Source: a virus
Lineage: Duplodnaviria > Caudoviricetes
Direction: 5' to 3' (one strand)
Length of the DNA: 35,888 nt
Virus record (IMG/VR): IMGVR_UViG_3300017653_000221
Location: 1-35,888 of that record
Position numbers and translations under genes: made by a program. The notes under the pieces are model-generated. The model was given only the letters and a program-made list of their open reading frames with translations, did not search any database and was not told the DNA's origin. Positions 17,043 to 26,656 of this stretch are shown one piece after another. How positions within the stretch are numbered: the stretch's first letter is position 1; each line of letters starts with the position of its first letter.

Positions 17043-17058
17043 AGAAAGCCTCCTTTCT

Positions 17059-19125
17059 TCAAACGTGATAACTCGCCTTTGCGGTCGTAGCAATCTGCGT
17101 CTCCAACCTGTCTGTGATGTTTGCAACGATGGTGTCAATGTCCAGGCCGCTGTTGATGTCGCCTGTATGGAGGACGTTAACCGATGGTGTAAGGCTTACG
17201 AAGTTCTGGATGTTCTGCTGTTCTGCGTATTCGCGCATCAGTTTCAGATCCTCGCTGGAGATGTCGATCGTGTCACGGATCTTGCCGACCTCACCGACTG
17301 AGCCAATGCTGTCTATGCTACCGGGATCAATTCCGTACAGTCCTTGCGAAACCTTATTAAATACTGCTGTTCCGGTTGTATAACCAGAATCAAAAGCGTT
17401 TTTAAGATTCTTTTGTTCCATACGATATGCACTAAAGTCCACCACATTCTTTGTGCTGACTGGCTTTTCAAGGCGATCCATCATCTGTTGCACTTTGTCA
17501 CTCACTGCGTGAACGTTATTTGCATCAAACAGCTCTGCCTTTGTGATATTCGATCCAAACATGTCATTCACACTGTCAACTAACCAGTTAAAGCCCTCAA
17601 GTACCTTATTCACCGACCGGAGAATGACTTTTGTAAATTCTCCAGCGAAGTCCTCTGCTGATCTCAACATGTTGTACTGATATCCCATGAACGTAATCGA
17701 CAGATCGTAAAATAGCTTCTGAACCGCATAAACAGGATCAATAAACACGTTTGTCAAAAACTCTGCAAATGCAAGGAGTACGTTCCAAATCAAAGCAATT
17801 TTGTTTTGTATGCCTGCAAAAAGCATCGCAAAAGAGCCTGCCACAAACCCCACTACCTGATCTGATGTTACACCCAACTGCGTTAACGTATAGATAACCA
17901 AAGCTATGGCCGCAACAACAAGCAGTATCGGCCAATTGATCGCAAGCCATGCAGTCGCCTGCGCGTACAACGGCGGGATTGTTGCCCAAAGTTTGGCGAT
18001 CATCATGGAGAGATAGACTACTGCTATTGCCACTAGAATAGGCTCTATGATACCCCAGTTTTGTTGTACTACGTTACCAAACCACATAACTCCATCGGCC
18101 AGGAGAATAAGGCCATTGGATGCGTAGATCAGTAAATCGCCCATCGTAGCAAAGAAATTGTCCATTGTCCCTGTATCAAGCATAGAACCTAGACGACTTT
18201 GAATTAAATCAGAGGCATGGAGTACTGCTGGTAGGAGATTATTGCCGATCACTCCAGATGTATCTTTGAATACCTCGTTGATAGTTCGCACCTTTGCCTC
18301 TGGTGTCGCAGCGATAGCAGCGTTCATGTCTCCATATGAATCAGCAGCAAGCGAGGCGAAGGTTGCTGCTTTTTGAAGATCAGTACCATCTTTGAAGATT
18401 TTCACATCGGAATCGTCTAGGATCCATCCTTGACGTGATAACCCTCCAGCCTGACCACTGAAAACTTTACCGATCCCCGTTGCAAGGTTGTACATCTGTT
18501 CTTCTGTTGTGTTTACTCCGTATTGTGCGGCGGCCATGTTTGATGCTGTTTTTAACGCCGAGAGCAAAGCGTTTTTGTCGGTAACATACGTACCTAATTC
18601 CCCGGCGCCCGCAAGCAAAGCATCGTAAGAAACTGCTCCACCGCGTCCCAAGCTCATCTGCTTGAGTTGCTTTTTGAAATCATCTATTTGCTCTGTATCC
18701 ATACCCATTCGTGTATTAAGAATTTGAGCAATCTTACTGTCCTGAGTGCTCGCTGTCATAGCTCCAGTTACAGTGTTACTCAAATACCCCCAGACTGTTT
18801 GCAATCCTTGAAACGAAAGGTATGCAGCCGCAATTCCCTTTATGGATGCCAGTAAACCATCGGATGCATTCTGTCCGTTTTTTATGGCGTTATTGAATTC
18901 CTTTTGCTTTTTAGTAGAATCCTCAATTGCCTTGGTGATTTCAGCTTCTGCCGATGCAATCTTGCTCTTAGCAACAGCCAGCGTTTTGTCGATATTTACA
19001 TTGCGATCTGCGGCATGTTGCATCTGATACATAGTAGAGATCATAAGGTTCATGCCTTGTGTAATACTTTTTAGCGGCCCAGACATTGCGTCAAACATCT
19101 TCAATGTTCCAGTAACGGTCGACAT
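17059..19125 (-). CDS. Tape measure protein
   Basis: Long Ala-rich helical protein with TM segments, between chaperone and XkdP. Confidence 0.85.
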   Translation of the reverse strand: MSTVTGTLKMFDAMSGPLKSITQGMNLMISTMYQMQHAADRNVNIDKTLAVAKSKIASAEAEITKAIEDSTKKQKEFNNAIKNGQNASDGLLASIKGIAAAYLSFQGLQTVWGYLSNTVTGAMTASTQDSKIAQILNTRMGMDTEQIDDFKKQLKQMSLGRGGAVSYDALLAGAGELGTYVTDKNALLSALKTASNMAAAQYGVNTTEEQMYNLATGIGKVFSGQAGGLSRQGWILDDSDVKIFKDGTDLQKAATFASLAADSYGDMNAAIAATPEAKVRTINEVFKDTSGVIGNNLLPAVLHASDLIQSRLGSMLDTGTMDNFFATMGDLLIYASNGLILLADGVMWFGNVVQQNWGIIEPILVAIAVVYLSMMIAKLWATIPPLYAQATAWLAINWPILLVVAAIALVIYTLTQLGVTSDQVVGFVAGSFAMLFAGIQNKIALIWNVLLAFAEFLTNVFIDPVYAVQKLFYDLSITFMGYQYNMLRSAEDFAGEFTKVILRSVNKVLEGFNWLVDSVNDMFGSNITKAELFDANNVHAVSDKVQQMMDRLEKPVSTKNVVDFSAYRMEQKNLKNAFDSGYTTGTAVFNKVSQGLYGIDPGSIDSIGSVGEVGKIRDTIDISSEDLKLMREYAEQQNIQNFVSLTPSVNVLHTGDINSGLDIDTIVANITDRLETQIATTAKASYHV

Positions 19126-19146
19126 ATTTCCCCTCCCTTCCGACCA

Positions 19147-19175
19147 TAAAAAAGACACCCTGTATTGGGTGTCAG
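19147..19175 (-). terminator. Terminator after moron gene
   Basis: GACACCC-tgtatt-GGGTGTC with T-run on the minus strand. Confidence 0.7.
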
Positions 19176-19176
19176 T

Positions 19177-19521
19177 TTAGAATAAGGATGTCATTAATGT
19201 TTTATATAGCTTGTCGTCAAGCTCCAGTAAGCTCTTTTTTCCATCGTTGAATTGAACGGCTACTACATGCGTTCCTTTCTTCTTGGCACTTAGTCCTGCT
19301 AGTAGACCAGCCGGTCCAAGTAAAAATGAACCAATAAGTCCTCTTCCTACCGCGCTTGTCATGCTGGTAGTTTCGGTTTCATCCATTACTTCATATGATT
19401 CAACTGTTTCTTTGTTTAAAGTAATCCTTTTAGTGAAACTTATCGCAAGAACAATCCCCTTTGGGCTATTTACAAACCTACAGTTTTCATAATCTCCAGC
19501 AATAACTGCATTTTTGGACAT
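19177..19521 (-). CDS. Moron protein with glycine-zipper-like hydrophobic segment
   Basis: Own extended -10 (TGGTATAGT), RBS and terminator; AT-rich; SAVGRGLIGSFLLGPAGLLAG. Confidence 0.75.
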   Translation of the reverse strand: MSKNAVIAGDYENCRFVNSPKGIVLAISFTKRITLNKETVESYEVMDETETTSMTSAVGRGLIGSFLLGPAGLLAGLSAKKKGTHVVAVQFNDGKKSLLELDDKLYKTLMTSLF

Positions 19522-19582
19522 TAAAAGTTCCCCCTCTCGGTATTTTTCCTAATTTTACTATACCAGAGAGGGGATTGGCGTT

Positions 19583-19762
19583 CTATTTCTTAACTTTGGC
19601 TGCCGCTTTCTTTTCGCTATCAAGCCGAACACTAATCATAGCAATTAGGGCTGCCTTTCTTTCCGGCTGAAGTTCAGCAAATTCCCATGGCATCATCCGC
19701 AATTTATGGAGGGCGTAGTAGGCGTAATTTGCCTCTCCATCGCCCTCCTTGATCAGTTTTTT
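19583..19762 (-). CDS. -1 frameshift extension of tail assembly chaperone (gpGT-like)
   Basis: A AAA AAC slippery heptamer at 19756-19762; -1 frame LIKEGDGEANYAYYALHKLRMMPWEF...KVKK*. Confidence 0.8.
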   Translation of the reverse strand, partial: KKLIKEGDGEANYAYYALHKLRMMPWEFAELQPERKAALIAMISVRLDSEKKAAAKVKK

Positions 19763-20172
19763 ACTTCTTCGACCATGTCGTTAATGTCTCGGTCAAATCC
19801 ATTGATGCTCTGTACTTTTTCGATCAGGGCTGCATATTCACCTGATAATAGCATTGTCTTCAATAGATTTTCTGCCCCAAGTACGCCATATGACTTTTGG
19901 AGTTCAGCATTTTTCAAGTCAGGAAATACGACACTCTCCACTGCAAGTTTAGCAAGATACACTTCGGGTTTGGTTTCCGGCACTTTTGTCCCGTGTTTAC
20001 CTTTTACCACGATTGTTGCAGATTTACGGATTGCTTCATTTTCCGCTTCAGTCATAGATTTAATTTTCCACGGAATAGGTTTCCCTTTTTCATCTTTAAA
20101 GCGACTGGATACAACAAACTCTTCCACTTGCTCAGAAGCGTTATTTTGTGCGAAAAATGCTTGAAGTGTCAT
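19753..20172 (-). CDS. XkdN-like tail assembly chaperone
   Basis: VVFPDLKNAELQKSYG, LLSGEY; follows the tail tube gene. Confidence 0.88.
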   Translation of the reverse strand: MTLQAFFAQNNASEQVEEFVVSSRFKDEKGKPIPWKIKSMTEAENEAIRKSATIVVKGKHGTKVPETKPEVYLAKLAVESVVFPDLKNAELQKSYGVLGAENLLKTMLLSGEYAALIEKVQSINGFDRDINDMVEEVKN

Positions 20173-20246
20173 ATGATTTCATCCCTTCTGTTATTACATT
20201 ATTTGGTATACTACCCTTAGGCGCAGACTAATTTCGGGGTGAGGTA

Positions 20247-20567
20247 TTGTTTAAAATCACAGGGTTTGACGACGTAAAAAAACATCTCAAGCAACTCCAA
20301 GAAAACGCAAACGAATTAGCACAAACCAAGAGTATTCCGCTTAGTGATTTATTTACAGAAAGTTTTATGGAAAAGTATACAAACTGTTCTTCATTTGAAG
20401 AATTCCTAGAGATCGGTGGTTTTGAGGTAAACTCTAAAGAAGATTTTGAGAACATAGACGATGCAGAATTTGACAAACACGTCTCAAACAATTCACAGTT
20501 TGATACTTGGCAATTGATGCTCGACACAGCAGCGGAGCAATACATCACTAAGAAACTTGGCTTCTAA
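20247..20567 (+). CDS. Acidic hypothetical moron protein, antisense to the tail operon
   Basis: TGGTATACT -10, GGGGTGAGG RBS, AT-rich, 106 aa. Confidence 0.8.
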   Translation: MFKITGFDDVKKHLKQLQENANELAQTKSIPLSDLFTESFMEKYTNCSSFEEFLEIGGFEVNSKEDFENIDDAEFDKHVSNNSQFDTWQLMLDTAAEQYITKKLGF

Positions 20568-20623
20568 TTAGCGTATAAAATTAATTGTCTGCGCCGATTC
20601 CTTCTTAATCAGAATTTGGGTGG

Positions 20624-21094
20624 TTATTGTCCGAGTACTGGCTTGCCGAATTGATCCAAAATATCCGCATCGTGGAATGTGAAGCTCACTTCCTCTTCAA
20701 GTGCCTCAGCATCAACGTCTAACAATGCCATGGTGACCTTGTCAAGGTTAATTCCTTTGATAACTGTCGTCTGTTTTCCAATGGTTGACGCTGGATCTTC
20801 GTTGGTAATTTGAACATCGAAATAGGTGTCCTTGCCGGTCTTCATGTACTCCAACATAAGCTGACGAAACATGGTGGTCACATAGTAGATTGTCATACTG
20901 CCAGTGCCCTTCCAACCGTTTGCCTTATGTTGAGTCCCGCGTTTGCCGAGAGTTTTACCCTCTGTTTTAACCTTTTCAACATCAGCCTCAAATTTCTTCA
21001 AATAAAACATTTCTTCGATCCGTCCGTTGATCGTTGCATACGCTCGGCCTTCCTGGCCAGAAATGCTGTCCTTAAACTCCATGAATCCTGGCAT
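20624..21094 (-). CDS. Tail tube protein (XkdM-like)
   Basis: ISGQEGRAY, GWKGTGSMTIYYVT, NEDPASTIGKQ. Confidence 0.92.
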   Translation of the reverse strand: MPGFMEFKDSISGQEGRAYATINGRIEEMFYLKKFEADVEKVKTEGKTLGKRGTQHKANGWKGTGSMTIYYVTTMFRQLMLEYMKTGKDTYFDVQITNEDPASTIGKQTTVIKGINLDKVTMALLDVDAEALEEEVSFTFHDADILDQFGKPVLGQ

Positions 21095-21107
21095 TAACCT
21101 TCCCCCC

Positions 21108-22421
21108 TTACCTTACTTTCACGTCAAAGTAGAATTTCTCCATAGAGTCCACAGGCTGCACCCACACGTCAGCATACACGCTATCTGATTCGTCTCCTTG
21201 GCGCACCTTGATGTCATTCTGCGCATCAAAGTTTTGGATGGCATTAATGCCTTGCAGCGTCTCCAGATGCTTGATGCACTCACCTTTGAACAGGTTCCGA
21301 CCATCATCGTTGTTATCCACCTTGCCGATGTAATACGCCTCGTAAATGCGCTTGAAGTCGTTGGCGATGCCATCGAGTACGCGCATGACGCGATTTTTGG
21401 AGAAGTGCTTGCGTTTAGTCGGCGAGAAACTGGTGAACGAATTAATATCCGTTTCCACTATTGCCCGGCCATTGCTTGGCGTAAAGACAAATTCACCGTT
21501 AAGGATCGCTTGCTCAATCTGTGTGTTTGTATAGCGAGGCGAGACGTCTACAGCATCGTCATACGCTTGAAATGTAAGTGACTGATTCATCTGTGCGCCT
21601 GCGGTTGCTCCTGCCACCCACGCGGTTGCCTGCGTGGCTGTGAGCGTTGTTCCGTCTGACAAGATAACGCCGTTCTTAACGCTAATAACACCTTCGTAGT
21701 CGGCGATCGGATAGTTTGCTAGCACTGCCTGGATCTTCTTTCCTTCGCCATCTCTCAAGCGCTTTGCAAATGCAACGTAAACGCCTTTGAGCGTTGCGTC
21801 CTCAGATACAAGTGCAATTGTTTCGAAGTCGTGCAACTCGATAGCCGCCAGGTAGTCAGTGTGGTCAGCGTTGGTTACTTCACCATCTACCCCACCCGAA
21901 AGCGGCATTCCTGCGGTCGCTGTGAGCGCCCCTGTGCCGAATGTTACCCAATTGTTGGGCGCTAGCCCCGAAGCGTCGGCAGCCGTCTGGAAATCGACTT
22001 CCCGACCGTCTAAGAGCGTCTTTACATCGAACAGTGAGTCGTCATCGATATTTTGTTCCACGACAATAGTAATGTCGTTACCTCGCACGCCGTCGTGCTT
22101 CGCTGTGACGGCAAGGGCTCCGAGAGTTGCGGATGCCTTTGTTCCTTCGTTCAGACGATAGAGCAATAGCGTCCTTGCTCGCTTCAAAGCTTCACGCACT
22201 AGCAACATTTCATCATCAGTGATGTCATAGCCAAGTACGTCTTTGATGTCAGTGCCTGCCTCAATCTGGATCACAGTCTTTGCAGGGCCCCAACTCAGCG
22301 GCAAAGCCATGGTTGTAGTGCCTCGTTCGCCGAGTGTTCCTACTGGCTGCGGCGCGCTACTCACATTGACGTATACTCCAGGACGCACTTTGTTTTGGGT
22401 CGTAAAAGTTCCACCGGACAA
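21108..22421 (-). CDS. Tail sheath protein (XkdK-like)
   Basis: GGTFTTQNKVRPGVYVN, KNRVMRVLD, PVDSMEKFY. Confidence 0.93.
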   Translation of the reverse strand: MSGGTFTTQNKVRPGVYVNVSSAPQPVGTLGERGTTTMALPLSWGPAKTVIQIEAGTDIKDVLGYDITDDEMLLVREALKRARTLLLYRLNEGTKASATLGALAVTAKHDGVRGNDITIVVEQNIDDDSLFDVKTLLDGREVDFQTAADASGLAPNNWVTFGTGALTATAGMPLSGGVDGEVTNADHTDYLAAIELHDFETIALVSEDATLKGVYVAFAKRLRDGEGKKIQAVLANYPIADYEGVISVKNGVILSDGTTLTATQATAWVAGATAGAQMNQSLTFQAYDDAVDVSPRYTNTQIEQAILNGEFVFTPSNGRAIVETDINSFTSFSPTKRKHFSKNRVMRVLDGIANDFKRIYEAYYIGKVDNNDDGRNLFKGECIKHLETLQGINAIQNFDAQNDIKVRQGDESDSVYADVWVQPVDSMEKFYFDVKVR

Positions 22422-22604
22422 TTACTTCACCTTCCCCTTTTTAAACTCAGAAATCAGCTTCTCAGCCTCAGCCAATGTGTAGGTTTTGCCTTCCTCCATG
22501 ACGGCCGCAAGAATATCTTTTTCAACGCCAGAACGTTTCTGCGACATCAAAAACTGCGCCTTCGTAAAAGAGCCTGATTTCGTTTTCGTTTCGCTTTTAC
22601 TCAC
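22422..22604 (-). CDS. Small conserved pre-sheath protein
   Basis: FTKAQFL...KTYTLAEAEKLI; synteny. Confidence 0.7.
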   Translation of the reverse strand: MSKSETKTKSGSFTKAQFLMSQKRSGVEKDILAAVMEEGKTYTLAEAEKLISEFKKGKVK

Positions 22605-23017
22605 TTGATATATCCCTCCTGTTTCAGGGTTTGCATTTTCACTGCTTCCGGCTTCTGGCGCATGACGTGGAAGTCGTAGTCAACAAAGAAGTGGAGCACT
22701 TCATCGACAATCTCGTGTCTCATCTTCACACCACGAAACGCGCTGCTATTTATCTCGATGTACTCCATGCAGTCATATAGGCTTTCAGCCGTGCCGTGCA
22801 TATCATCGTTGCTTTTGCCGAAGTAGTGGATGTCAAACGCATGCATGCGCTTATAGCGGCGGCCAACCTCCCGATCCTGGGCGACAGGGAATAACTTCAC
22901 AAAAAAACAGGGTGCCGTAAGCCCCTGTCTGATCTCTTCCCCGTACACCGTGATGTTCGGAAATCGCTGTTTTAATGCCGCCATCACACCGCGCCGTACA
23001 TCGTTTACGGTTATCAT
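22601..23017 (-). CDS. Tail terminator-like protein
   Basis: VYGEEIRQGLTAPCFFV, FDIHYF, VDEVLHF. Confidence 0.8.
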   Translation of the reverse strand: MITVNDVRRGVMAALKQRFPNITVYGEEIRQGLTAPCFFVKLFPVAQDREVGRRYKRMHAFDIHYFGKSNDDMHGTAESLYDCMEYIEINSSAFRGVKMRHEIVDEVLHFFVDYDFHVMRQKPEAVKMQTLKQEGYIK

Positions 23018-23544
23018 TCGTCATCACCCTTTTTCGCCGGACGTCCATTCATGATGTTGTCCAGCAACTCAGCCATTCTCTTTTCGAGGTACCGCGGTAG
23101 CTCGCGCTCGATCTCCTTCATGCTGATGGTCATCATGAAACGGCCTTCGACCCATGTAGTCAGGTCTTTTCCGGCGCGATGTCCAAATTCTACGAATCCG
23201 GCATACTCTGTGTTGTTGATGATCTCTACAACATAAGTGTCTCCGCGTCGTTCGACGTTACCAACTTCCCAACTTCTTCGGAGTTGTCCACCAGTCTTGC
23301 CGTGGCTCCCTTTTTTCTTATAGGTTCTTATCTGCCCCTTGTTCTTGCCCCTTGCAATGACTTTCGTGTAAGTTCCATAGTTACCTACAGGAGTGCGCAA
23401 CTTGATTTTACGAAGTGACCGCATCGCCATTTCCATCAAAAAATCACGGATGAAGCGCTCTACCACACGCTCTTTATTGGCTTTATGGAGCCGTTGGGCG
23501 AATTTCTCAAACTCGCTGAAATCGAACTTGCCCCACTTCGCCAT
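23014..23544 (-). CDS. HK97 gp10-like tail completion protein
   Basis: RTPVG...TGGQLRRSW, NNTEYAGFVEFGHR. Confidence 0.88.
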   Translation of the reverse strand: MAKWGKFDFSEFEKFAQRLHKANKERVVERFIRDFLMEMAMRSLRKIKLRTPVGNYGTYTKVIARGKNKGQIRTYKKKGSHGKTGGQLRRSWEVGNVERRGDTYVVEIINNTEYAGFVEFGHRAGKDLTTWVEGRFMMTISMKEIERELPRYLEKRMAELLDNIMNGRPAKKGDDE

Positions 23545-23918
23545 TAAGCGTAATCCTTTCGCTGCAGGCTGATCTCCTGATGTGTTGGGTATGGGAAAGG
23601 CTCTCCGGCTGTGTATGACCGGGTAACATCGCCTCTGGCAACCTCAATCACATCTCCTTGCTTTATATCCACTTCAGGTGCAATGAAGAGTTTCGTCTCA
23701 TAGGATATATTGTTCTGAGCTTCTGTCTGCCCGTTCGGCCCAAGAGCCTTCTGCGAGACTCTGCATGGCTGCCCCTCGCTCACTATTACTTCTTCAAGCT
23801 TCGTCTCCCCCCAAGGCTTTTCAACCTCGACATAACGCTTGATGGTCGCAGAGTCCTCATACATGCGTTCCAGTACTCTGCGGTGTCTCGCATAGTTGAT
23901 CCTGCCCATGTCTACCAC
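23544..23918 (-). CDS. Head closure protein
   Basis: PCRVSQ, KLFIAPEVDIKQGD, YPTHQEI; synteny. Confidence 0.78.
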   Translation of the reverse strand: MVDMGRINYARHRRVLERMYEDSATIKRYVEVEKPWGETKLEEVIVSEGQPCRVSQKALGPNGQTEAQNNISYETKLFIAPEVDIKQGDVIEVARGDVTRSYTAGEPFPYPTHQEISLQRKDYA

Positions 23919-24283
23919 CTCAGTTTTCGGTACCTGTTCAGATCAACACGATAATTAAAGACCACGGTTTCGATAGCTGATTTTGAAACATTGGTGATCC
24001 CCGACCCCTGCCCGGCGCTGACCGACGTGTCGCCGATCTTCACATTGCCGCCATCTGCTACCGTCTGCCCGATCTCATCGACATTGGGGAGGTCTACACG
24101 CACAGCATCGATCACCATGGAAACCCAAACGAATTTCAGACCAGAGGGAACGGATTGCACGTTACAATAATGCAGAATACGAGCACCGATTTCTTCGATG
24201 TACGATTCGATCAAGGGCTTCAGCGCATCGTCTGATAACCCAAGTCGTAGCTTTACGATAGGCCAGATATCAGCGCTAGTCAT
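23912..24283 (-). CDS. Head-tail connector protein
   Basis: VKLRLG, ILHYCN, IGDTSVS, LNRYRKL. Confidence 0.82.
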   Translation of the reverse strand: MTSADIWPIVKLRLGLSDDALKPLIESYIEEIGARILHYCNVQSVPSGLKFVWVSMVIDAVRVDLPNVDEIGQTVADGGNVKIGDTSVSAGQGSGITNVSKSAIETVVFNYRVDLNRYRKLRW

Positions 24284-24444
24284 TCGTCATCCACCCGAAT
24301 CAGCCCATCAGCAGCTAATGACTCAAGGTCTTCTAACTGTATCTCAGCTTGCTCTCCAGCTTTGTATCGTTGGCCGCGGTATTTCACGTTGACAGTCCAC
24401 TGGACCAAGTTTGACTTTTCTTTTTCTGCTGGCTTTTTTGCCAC
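24280..24444 (-). CDS. Small protein after capsid (54 aa, not in ORF track)
   Basis: AAAGGAG RBS; MAKKPAEKEKSNLVQWTVNVKYRGQRYKAGEQAEI; ATGA overlap with the next gene. Confidence 0.7.
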   Translation of the reverse strand: MAKKPAEKEKSNLVQWTVNVKYRGQRYKAGEQAEIQLEDLESLAADGLIRVDDE

Positions 24445-24490
24445 AAGAATTCACTCCTTTCAAAAGAGTAAGGAGGGGCTTTGGCCCCTC

Positions 24491-25531
24491 CTACGCTACT
24501 TTTGCAATGAAGATATTGTCGATCGTCTCAAACGACGGCAGCACGATCTCTGATACGATGGTTTCAACGTTCACCGGGTGTGGTTCTTTGATCGTCGTGA
24601 TAGCCACACCAGTATTCACGATAGACACATCTGCCGCAGTACTGCCAGTCATCAAGTCGGATTCCTCTGGCGTCGTCCCATAGTATGTGTTGCCCAGCGT
24701 GCCGTCCGGAATAAGAGTAAACACATCATCTGGGAAGAACAGGTGAGTCGACCCATCTTGTAGAGCGAATTTCTTGTTATAGACAGCAATATTGATACCC
24801 AACTTTGTTTGCAGGTACTGCTTCATCATCGCATCCGTCATGATGATGTTCTGGCCTCCGAGAGGATTCATGTCTAAGCGGATAGCCTTGTTCTGAAGGA
24901 TGTAATTCCAGGTTTTGCGTGTGCAGATGCCTTTCATAGGGCGTACTCCTGTGTCATCTTCCACGATGTCCTGCCATGTCTTGATGTCGCCGACAATGTC
25001 CGCATCCGGATTACTCCATTTTGCATCTGTAGCCAGCGTTTCCGTATGGCTTCCTGGCATCTTGTAGTCATAATCGAAATGTTGACGGTTTGCCACGATG
25101 CTGATTTTTCCTGTAGACAGCAACTGCATGATCATACGTTCTGGCACGACTTGTGCGCCGTTGACCAGGTTTGTTACATCGTCATAGATAGCGTTGATAA
25201 CCGGCATGATCAGAGCTTCGTTTTGCGAGGCAGCCAGCTTGTTCAACTCTTGGCGGTCCTTCTCCCCGATGCGCATTGCCTCGCGGAAGAAAGGCATTTC
25301 GGTATCTACCTTCGAGAAACCGATACGATCGCGCAGTGTTGCCTTATTGTCGAACGCGGATGGCATGAGAGAAACAGGCAGTCCACGAGAACCTTTGATC
25401 CAGGACAAATCAAGGCCAAGCTGCTTCTTTGATGGGAACAGTGTTGCACCCAAGTACGGAATTGCATTGGACGGATTGGCCAGATAGTAGGTGGCAATAT
25501 TCTTTGCATTCACAAGGTCAAAAATATTCAT
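24491..25531 (-). CDS. Major capsid protein (capsid E-like)
   Basis: 346 aa after scaffold and decoration genes; MPFFRE, GNTYYGTTPEE. Confidence 0.9.
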   Translation of the reverse strand: MNIFDLVNAKNIATYYLANPSNAIPYLGATLFPSKKQLGLDLSWIKGSRGLPVSLMPSAFDNKATLRDRIGFSKVDTEMPFFREAMRIGEKDRQELNKLAASQNEALIMPVINAIYDDVTNLVNGAQVVPERMIMQLLSTGKISIVANRQHFDYDYKMPGSHTETLATDAKWSNPDADIVGDIKTWQDIVEDDTGVRPMKGICTRKTWNYILQNKAIRLDMNPLGGQNIIMTDAMMKQYLQTKLGINIAVYNKKFALQDGSTHLFFPDDVFTLIPDGTLGNTYYGTTPEESDLMTGSTAADVSIVNTGVAITTIKEPHPVNVETIVSEIVLPSFETIDNIFIAKVA

Positions 25532-25551
25532 AGAGTTTCACCAGTCCTTTC

Positions 25552-25923
25552 TTACTTCAAAAATGTGATTTGCTTGAGTGCTGCTACTTCTTCAGCGGCC
25601 GGTGCAACTGGCAACTTGTTCAGGTCAATGAACCCATGGATGAGCATTGCAGCTGGTGCAGGTCCGTAGGTGACATCGGTGTCATCGAAAAGCACACCTT
25701 CAGCATCGGTCGTACCAGAACCAGTCGTCGCTTTTTTTGCCAGATTGGTCGGATCAGCGAGAACTCCGCCCCCCAGAATGGTTCCGGCAGGGACGATTTT
25801 CTTACCGTCAGCATTCGCCAGTACCCCAGTGTCATCCACTGTGACGGCCACATTAACGTAATGGTCCGGGAACTTCAGGATTTCTTTTTTGTTCGTGAAC
25901 TTTGTTTCTACAAACTTACTCAT
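25552..25923 (-). CDS. Head decoration protein
   Basis: GKKIVPAGT, GVLFDDTDV, IHGFIDLNKLP. Confidence 0.8.
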   Translation of the reverse strand: MSKFVETKFTNKKEILKFPDHYVNVAVTVDDTGVLANADGKKIVPAGTILGGGVLADPTNLAKKATTGSGTTDAEGVLFDDTDVTYGPAPAAMLIHGFIDLNKLPVAPAAEEVAALKQITFLK

Positions 25924-25937
25924 ATTCGGTTCACTCC

Positions 25938-26564
25938 TTATTCAAAATAGGATGCTCGGGCCTTGTCCAATCCCTCATTGCTCTTCGCGAACTCAGCTAC
26001 TCTCTTGCCGAAATCGCCTGCTTGACTACCTCCGCCGCCTTTGTCTCCTCCGCTGCCCTCTGGCGGTTTGAAACCTTTGAACTGGAACCCTCCGCCTTTA
26101 TCCTCTGGGACAAACAAAAAAGCCTTGCTCTCACGCAGGGCCTTCACTTGGTCGTCCAACCCGGCTTTGACATTGCCGTTGTCGTCCAGTTCGATTTTCG
26201 ATTTGTCAAGTAAACCAAGGACCAAGTCAGGATCATGGACATTGCCAGCCAATGCCAATTTCAAGGCTGTATTCGTGCGCAGATCCTTCATGTCAGCATC
26301 ATACTTGTCTGCGGCCGCCTTGTTTTCCGCCTGAAGCTTGGTAATCTGCTCTTGGAGAGCAACACTGTCACCTGCCGACTTCTTCAAATCCTCTAGCTGC
26401 TTATCTCGATCAACAAGCGCCGTTTCAGCCTGTTTCTTGGCATCGTTCACCTCGTCAAACCGAGCCTTAGGAATATACCCTTTCAGCTCTTCCTGCGATG
26501 CGGCAGCGGCTTTCTCAGCAAGGTCGTCACTCAATCCCAAAGCAATGAACTGCTCTTTGTTCAC
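25938..26564 (-). CDS. Capsid scaffolding protein (GP20-like)
   Basis: YIPKARFDEVN, GLDDQVKALRESKAFLF. Confidence 0.88.
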   Translation of the reverse strand: MNKEQFIALGLSDDLAEKAAAASQEELKGYIPKARFDEVNDAKKQAETALVDRDKQLEDLKKSAGDSVALQEQITKLQAENKAAADKYDADMKDLRTNTALKLALAGNVHDPDLVLGLLDKSKIELDDNGNVKAGLDDQVKALRESKAFLFVPEDKGGGFQFKGFKPPEGSGGDKGGGGSQAGDFGKRVAEFAKSNEGLDKARASYFE

Positions 26565-26656
26565 TTTCCATTCCTCCGTTCATCTTCGCTTTTTATCCCG
26601 GTCGCGCCCGGTGATGTCTTGTTCTTTTACGCCGACAATACCAAAACGGCGAGTAT

